Positions 59,686 to 64,000 of a stretch of 64,000 nt of DNA are shown here, piece after piece. Position numbers and translations under genes: made by a program. Below the pieces are notes generated by a model, which was not told the DNA's origin, searched no databases, and saw only the letters and a list, made by a program, of their open reading frames with translations. Numbering within the stretch: the first letter of the stretch is position 1; each line of letters opens with the position of its first letter. The stretch is taken from assembly GCA_964433755.1 (NCBI GenBank), contig CAYSSR010000005.1, positions 77,568 to 141,567 on the forward strand, written 5' to 3'. Source of the DNA: an uncultured Anaerolineales bacterium. Its GTDB lineage: Bacteria; Chloroflexota; Anaerolineae; UBA7937; B3-Chlor.

Positions 59686-60750
59686 CTACGCGCACCGCTG
59701 GAGCACCCGCAGGGCGCGTAGGGTGACCCACTTGCTGGGTTTGCCCTTTTCCTCAATGTCGACCAGGGTCTTTCCGTTGTAGGAGTACACCATCTTCCAG
59801 CGGCCTCTCTCGTCCTGCTTGTCTAGCACCAGGTCCAGGGCTGCCGAGAGCCTCGGGTCGGACCCGTAGCCGAAGCTGGTCAGAACCTCCAGGTTGTGCA
59901 GGACGTCTGTGACCCAGAAGAGGGGGAAGCCGAACCTGAACCAGTTGCCGCTGGGCTTGGCGCCAGAACCCATGGGGTAGTCGGCCACAGCAGGGTCCTT
60001 GCTGAACAGGAACTCCAGCCCGGCCTCGATGGCTCTATCGATGAGAGGTGTGTGGACCTCCTCCGCCAGCTTGGCGAAGGCGTGCATCACGTTGACGGCG
60101 CCCCAGGCGCAGGGCTTCTTGGCGTTGTAGCCGCAGCAGAAGCGCGGGCCGCAGGTTCCGGACTTGAGGTAGCGCAACGGAGCGCTCTTCTCCTCGGTGG
60201 GGGCCACGCCCTCTCCTGTGACCATTCTGGCCACCCATTCCAGTGCTTTCTCCACGCGATCGTCGCCCGACCATCCCAGGTCCAGCAGGGCGGCCAGCAG
60301 GTGGCCGTTGAGACAAAGGATAGCCTGCGATGGGATGGCGGACATGGAGAAGGCGCCGTTCTTGTCGACGTTGTGCTCCAGGACGTACTCACATCCCCTG
60401 TGCACCCTCTCGTCGGCGCCGTCCGCGCCCAACTGGCCGAGCATGGTCACCGCCCACACGGAAGTCCGGTACTGGGGGAAGTAGCCGGGCCCTGGCTTCT
60501 CCCAGTAGCCCTCGGGGTGCTGGGCGTCCAGGATGATCGGGACCGGCCCGGTGGACATGACCGCGCGTCGGGCCTCCGTGACCTGGGGGGCGTCGCGCGG
60601 TCTGTGGAGAAGGTCCGTCAGGGCGAAGTAGCGCACTCCAGGGTTGGCCGGGTCGTTCTCCAGGAGCCAGGGCAGAGGGTTGTCGTTCAGCGAGTTGAGC
60701 CAATCCTGTGTCATAGGCTGTGCTCCTGTGCCAGTAGTCATGCCCTGCAT
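59686..60750 (-). CDS. Alpha-alpha toroid (prenyltransferase/terpene-cyclase-like repeat) protein, paralog 2
   Basis: Collinear with 58524-59567, including NPGVRYFAL, PEGYWE, CAWGAV and KQDERGRWKM. The start is uncertain (several Met in the first 13 aa). Confidence 0.6.
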   Translation of the reverse strand: MQGMTTGTGAQPMTQDWLNSLNDNPLPWLLENDPANPGVRYFALTDLLHRPRDAPQVTEARRAVMSTGPVPIILDAQHPEGYWEKPGPGYFPQYRTSVWAVTMLGQLGADGADERVHRGCEYVLEHNVDKNGAFSMSAIPSQAILCLNGHLLAALLDLGWSGDDRVEKALEWVARMVTGEGVAPTEEKSAPLRYLKSGTCGPRFCCGYNAKKPCAWGAVNVMHAFAKLAEEVHTPLIDRAIEAGLEFLFSKDPAVADYPMGSGAKPSGNWFRFGFPLFWVTDVLHNLEVLTSFGYGSDPRLSAALDLVLDKQDERGRWKMVYSYNGKTLVDIEEKGKPSKWVTLRALRVLQRCA

Positions 60751-60849
60751 AGGTCGCCAATGATTGTATCAGCATCGGTCTGGAACGTCGACCGGCTGTG
60801 GGGTGGTGCAGACGTGTGCAAGGCTTCTGCGCTATCACTCCCACCCAAG

Positions 60850-60975
60850 TCCTCCCCGCTCAAGGAGGAGGAATCTTGGTCGGCCGGGCCGGTCTCCCCT
60901 CCCTGGATGGGAGGGGTTTGGGGGAGGGGGGAGAGGTACCACCCCCACCTCATTCCTCCCCCATCAAGGGGGAGG
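60850..60975. repeat. Cluster of poly-G/poly-C hairpins and a G-tract run in the divergent intergenic region
   Basis: Three hairpins are present: tcctcc-8nt-ggagga, cccctccc-5nt-gggagggg, and cctccccc-5nt-gggggagg. The run GGGAGGGGTTTGGGGGAGGGGGG sits at 60909-60931. Two related units (CCTCCCC..CAAGG.GGAGG.AT) occur at about 60851 and 60955. Confidence 0.6.
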
Positions 60976-61020
60976 GATTTCCGCTGGTCGGTTCAGGGTC
61001 CACCGTCTCGGTGGGATGGG

Positions 61021-61049
61021 TTGTACAATGGGTGTAAGTGCAGTACAAT
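61021..61049 (+). promoter_or_regulatory. Sigma70-like promoter upstream of the CHAT-STAND gene
   Basis: TTGTAC, 17 nt spacer, TACAAT, about 80 nt upstream of the ATG at 61132. Confidence 0.5.
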
Positions 61050-61131
61050 AGTTGTGGCATCACCTTGGTCAGTCACACGCTGATGCGCAGCGGATCTGTG
61101 CTCCAAGGAGGCGCTTGCTCGGAGGAGGCAG

Positions 61132-64000
61132 ATGAACCTCTTGCACATCGTGGATCTGGGCGACGGCCAGATCGAGGTTGGCTGGCGGCGGGGCAATGAG
61201 ATCCCGCGCCATCACTCGCCGCTGCCTTTCGATGACCCTCTGAGCCCGGACGACCGGAGGGAGCTGCGCTGGTACCTCGAAGAGTACCTTCAGTTCCCCT
61301 ATGGCGCCGAGGAGTCTCACGCCCGCCGGGTCGAGGACAAGATGGCTGAGTGGGGAGAGGCCCTGTTCTCGCAAGTCTTCCCCAAGGTGGAGAAGGATCC
61401 TGACCCGCGGAGCTTCTACCAGGAGGCGGTGCGGGAAGGGCAGGAGCAGTGCGAGCTATGCGTCAGCTCAGAGGACACGGAGTTCCTGAACATCCCCTGG
61501 GAGCTGGTTCGAGATCCGACCCCGGGCCGAGGTTATCTCGCTCCTTCGCTGGCGGGACTGTACCGGCAGCGTAGCGGGCAGGCCGTTCAGGCCCCCTTGG
61601 AGATCCGGCAGGATGAGCCCTTTCGCATCTTGCTGATCATCGCCCGACCCATGGGGGAGAAGGACATCCCTCTGGGCACCGTGTCTCGCCCCATGCTGGA
61701 GGCGTTGCGCCCTCTGAGGCCCAGGGTCTCGCTCGAGGTGCTGCGGCCGCCCACCTTCCAGGCCCTGGTCAAGCGACTGGAGGACAACCCTGGGTTCTAC
61801 CATCTCGTGCACTTCGATGGGCACGGGGTATTCGCACCATCTGGCGGCGGCACCATCATGGCCTATGGGGCCAAGCCTGGCCGGGGACACCTCGTCTTCG
61901 AGAAGGACGATGGCAGGGAAGACATTGTGAATAGTGAGGATCTGGGACAAGCCCTGGCTACCTGCAAGGTGCCTCTCTTCGTGCTGAACGCCTGTCAGTC
62001 GGCCGAGGAGGGAATGGCCGACGCCTACTCTTCGGTGGCCTCGCAGTTGGTGGCCATCGGAGCCAAGGGTGTGGTGGCGATGTCCTACTCCGTGTATGCC
62101 GATGCAGCAGCTTCATTCATGGAGCGGTTCTACGAGAAGCTGGTGGGCGGGGCGTCGCTATCGGCAGCGGTCGCTGCCGGCCGCAAGCAGCTCTTCGCCG
62201 AGCCTGACCGTGTCTCGGTGGTGGGCAACCTGGAGCTTCGTGACTGGATGGTGCCCACCCTCTACCAGCAGGAGCAGGGGTACGTTCCCATCCCCCAGGT
62301 GGAGATGGTCACGGTAGCCGCGGAGGGGACGGAGGAAGCGGTCCAGCGACAGAAGGCGGAGGAGGTTTGTCCCGAGGGGCGCTTCGGATTCATCGGCAGG
62401 GATTACGACATGCTGCGCATAGAGCGGGCGCTGCGGGACGATCAAAGCCCTTGGGTGCTCCTCTCGGGGATGGGCGGCATCGGCAAGACGGAGCTGGCCT
62501 TTGGCTTCGCCCGATGGCACGCGGAGACCGGCGGCTGCCCGGGTGGCGTATTCGCAGCCTCTTTCAAGGAGAAGGCCGACTTCGGCCAGGTCATCGGGAG
62601 CATCGTGGGGTACGGGACTGATTTCTCGCGTCTCTCCGACGAGGAGCAGTGGAACTATCTCGTGGGATACCTGCGTGAGAAGCCTTGTCTGCTGGTGTGG
62701 GACAACTTCGAGACGGTGGCAGGATACCCTGAGGGCGCCGAGCCTCTGGCCACGGAGAAGGAGCGAAAGACCCTCTCGAGGTTTGTCAGGGCGCTCAGGG
62801 GCGGCAAGAGCCTGATGCTGATCACCACCCGGAAGCTCAAGGAAGACTCACTGGACATCGCCCCTGAACTGGTCGAACTGGGCGGTCTCACCCAACGCGA
62901 CGCGGGCCTGCTAGCCAGGAAGATTCTGAGCAGCGTGGGCCGCAAGCCCGAGGAGTTCCGCCAGGATCCGCAGTATTCGGAGCTGATCAAGCTACTCAGA
63001 GGGCACCCTCGCTCGCTGGAGGTGGTGCTGCCGCATCTGCGGAACAGATCCCCCCAGGAGCTGATAGACGCCATTCAGCACCGCGTGGACGACCTCGGTG
63101 AGAGCCTGGAGGATGCCTCTTTGAGCTACGCCTTTCACCAACTCTCGGAGAAGGCGCGGGAGCACCTGCCCGTTCTTGGGCTGTTCGTGTCGCGGGTCCA
63201 CACTAGCGGTCTTGCCGGATTGATGGCGTTGGGACTGCTGGCCGAGGACGCAAGAGAGCCGAGCGGGGAGACCGCGGACCAGATGTTGGACTCCGGAGCG
63301 TGGGCACAGCTCCTAGACGAAGCCGGAGCGTGTGGGCTCCTCCGATCCTCGGGACTTGGTGCGTACGAACTGCATCCTACGATCTCCCCGTTTCTGCGCC
63401 GGCAACTTGTGTCAGTCGTGGGTGAGGAAGGCAGGAAACGCCTCGATACCCTGTTCGTGCGCTTCTATGCCGCCGCTGCGAGAATGTGCGCAGAGAGGCT
63501 GGAAAGCGGCGACCGTGACGCACTCCTCAGGGCGCGCGATGAAGAGGCCAACTTCCTACGGGCGCTACGACTAGCTGAGATGAATGAGGGCTGGAGTGAT
63601 GTGGAGCAGTTGATGCGAATGCTTGGCCCGTACCACGACATGCTTGGACGCATCGATGAGTGGATACGGCTCCGCACACGCGTACTAGCGGCCCTGGGGT
63701 CGGAAGTGCCTGACAAGTCTGACCTCAGGCGAGCTTACCTGTGGATGTTCCTCATGGGGGATGTAGCCTTCTTTGCTCTGGAGAAGAACGATTTCTCCGC
63801 TGCCGAATCCGCCCAACGTCCCGTTCTGCAATTTGCCTCTTCATTGGATCACGTCGACGACCCGGAACTCCAAGAGAATGTTGCAGAAGCCTATCATCGT
63901 TGGGGAAACGTGCTCCACGCGCGTGGCGAACTCGACGAGGCGGCCGAGTGGTATCGAAAGGCGGCGGAGATCCAAGAACGCCTCGGTTTCGAGGGCAGCG
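61132..64000 (+). CDS. CHAT-domain protease fused to STAND (NB-ARC-like) P-loop NTPase and TPR repeats, 3' end beyond window (bacterial NLR-like protein)
   Basis: Not in the supplied ORF track. I translated it by hand: ATG 61132 after GGAGGAGG, with 956 sense codons and no stop to the window end. Caspase-like dyad HLVHFDGHG (His codon 61822) and LFVLNACQS (Cys codon 61993). Walker A GMGGIGKT (62467-62490). Walker B LLVWDNFE (Asp codon 62701). TPR-like AEAYHRWGNVLHARGELDEAAEWYRKAAEI at the end. Confidence 0.85.
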   Translation, partial: MNLLHIVDLGDGQIEVGWRRGNEIPRHHSPLPFDDPLSPDDRRELRWYLEEYLQFPYGAEESHARRVEDKMAEWGEALFSQVFPKVEKDPDPRSFYQEAVREGQEQCELCVSSEDTEFLNIPWELVRDPTPGRGYLAPSLAGLYRQRSGQAVQAPLEIRQDEPFRILLIIARPMGEKDIPLGTVSRPMLEALRPLRPRVSLEVLRPPTFQALVKRLEDNPGFYHLVHFDGHGVFAPSGGGTIMAYGAKPGRGHLVFEKDDGREDIVNSEDLGQALATCKVPLFVLNACQSAEEGMADAYSSVASQLVAIGAKGVVAMSYSVYADAAASFMERFYEKLVGGASLSAAVAAGRKQLFAEPDRVSVVGNLELRDWMVPTLYQQEQGYVPIPQVEMVTVAAEGTEEAVQRQKAEEVCPEGRFGFIGRDYDMLRIERALRDDQSPWVLLSGMGGIGKTELAFGFARWHAETGGCPGGVFAASFKEKADFGQVIGSIVGYGTDFSRLSDEEQWNYLVGYLREKPCLLVWDNFETVAGYPEGAEPLATEKERKTLSRFVRALRGGKSLMLITTRKLKEDSLDIAPELVELGGLTQRDAGLLARKILSSVGRKPEEFRQDPQYSELIKLLRGHPRSLEVVLPHLRNRSPQELIDAIQHRVDDLGESLEDASLSYAFHQLSEKAREHLPVLGLFVSRVHTSGLAGLMALGLLAEDAREPSGETADQMLDSGAWAQLLDEAGACGLLRSSGLGAYELHPTISPFLRRQLVSVVGEEGRKRLDTLFVRFYAAAARMCAERLESGDRDALLRARDEEANFLRALRLAEMNEGWSDVEQLMRMLGPYHDMLGRIDEWIRLRTRVLAALGSEVPDKSDLRRAYLWMFLMGDVAFFALEKNDFSAAESAQRPVLQFASSLDHVDDPELQENVAEAYHRWGNVLHARGELDEAAEWYRKAAEIQERLGFEGS

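Noticed and set aside
60764-61051. 95 aa and 79 aa plus-strand ORFs in the G-rich region
   Set aside because: Their products are Gly/Arg/Pro low-complexity sequences generated by G-tracts. There is no RBS, and the hairpin-repeat structure explains the sequence better.
59896-61083. 395 aa plus-strand ORF (and 58533-59270)
   Set aside because: Both are antisense to the two alpha-toroid paralogs, whose mutual conservation supports the minus-strand frames. The tail runs into the G-rich intergenic region.

Overview
This is a GC-rich bacterial chromosomal segment. The gene content (membrane-anchored proteins with Thr/Pro-rich linkers, GT39-TPR glycosyltransferases, archaeal-type FBP aldolase/phosphatase, PEP-CTERM proteins) suggests a Chloroflexota-like organism, but that is inference only.

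Most of the window is housekeeping:
- argG-argH and ubiE
- a pyrB / pyrF-pyrE fusion / pyrD operon, with pyrK located separately
- ppdK-gmk, fbp, and clpC-radA
- an OmpR/HK pair with a P-type ATPase
- a NitT/TauT-type ABC transporter
- many envelope proteins

The items most worth a second look are:
1. A large ORF at the right edge (61132 to window end) that is missing from the supplied ORF track because it has no stop inside the window. It encodes a CHAT protease fused to a STAND/NB-ARC-like P-loop NTPase and TPR repeats, which is a bacterial NLR-like architecture.
2. A methylase, a duplicated-TRD specificity subunit and an unknown third gene at the left edge.
3. A roughly 250 nt structured RNA upstream of the ABC transporter. 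It has its own consensus promoter and an intrinsic terminator, and I could not assign it to a known class.
4. A frameshifted copy of about 600 bp of the 3' half of a radical SAM gene. Together with the intact gene it brackets the two-component/ATPase cassette as direct repeats.
5. A terminator-containing leader upstream of pyrB.
6. A protein with four cNMP-binding domains, a TM segment and an extracellular domain.

I saw no rRNA, tRNA, CRISPR array, transposase or integrase. All functional calls come from motif recognition by eye. No database search was run.
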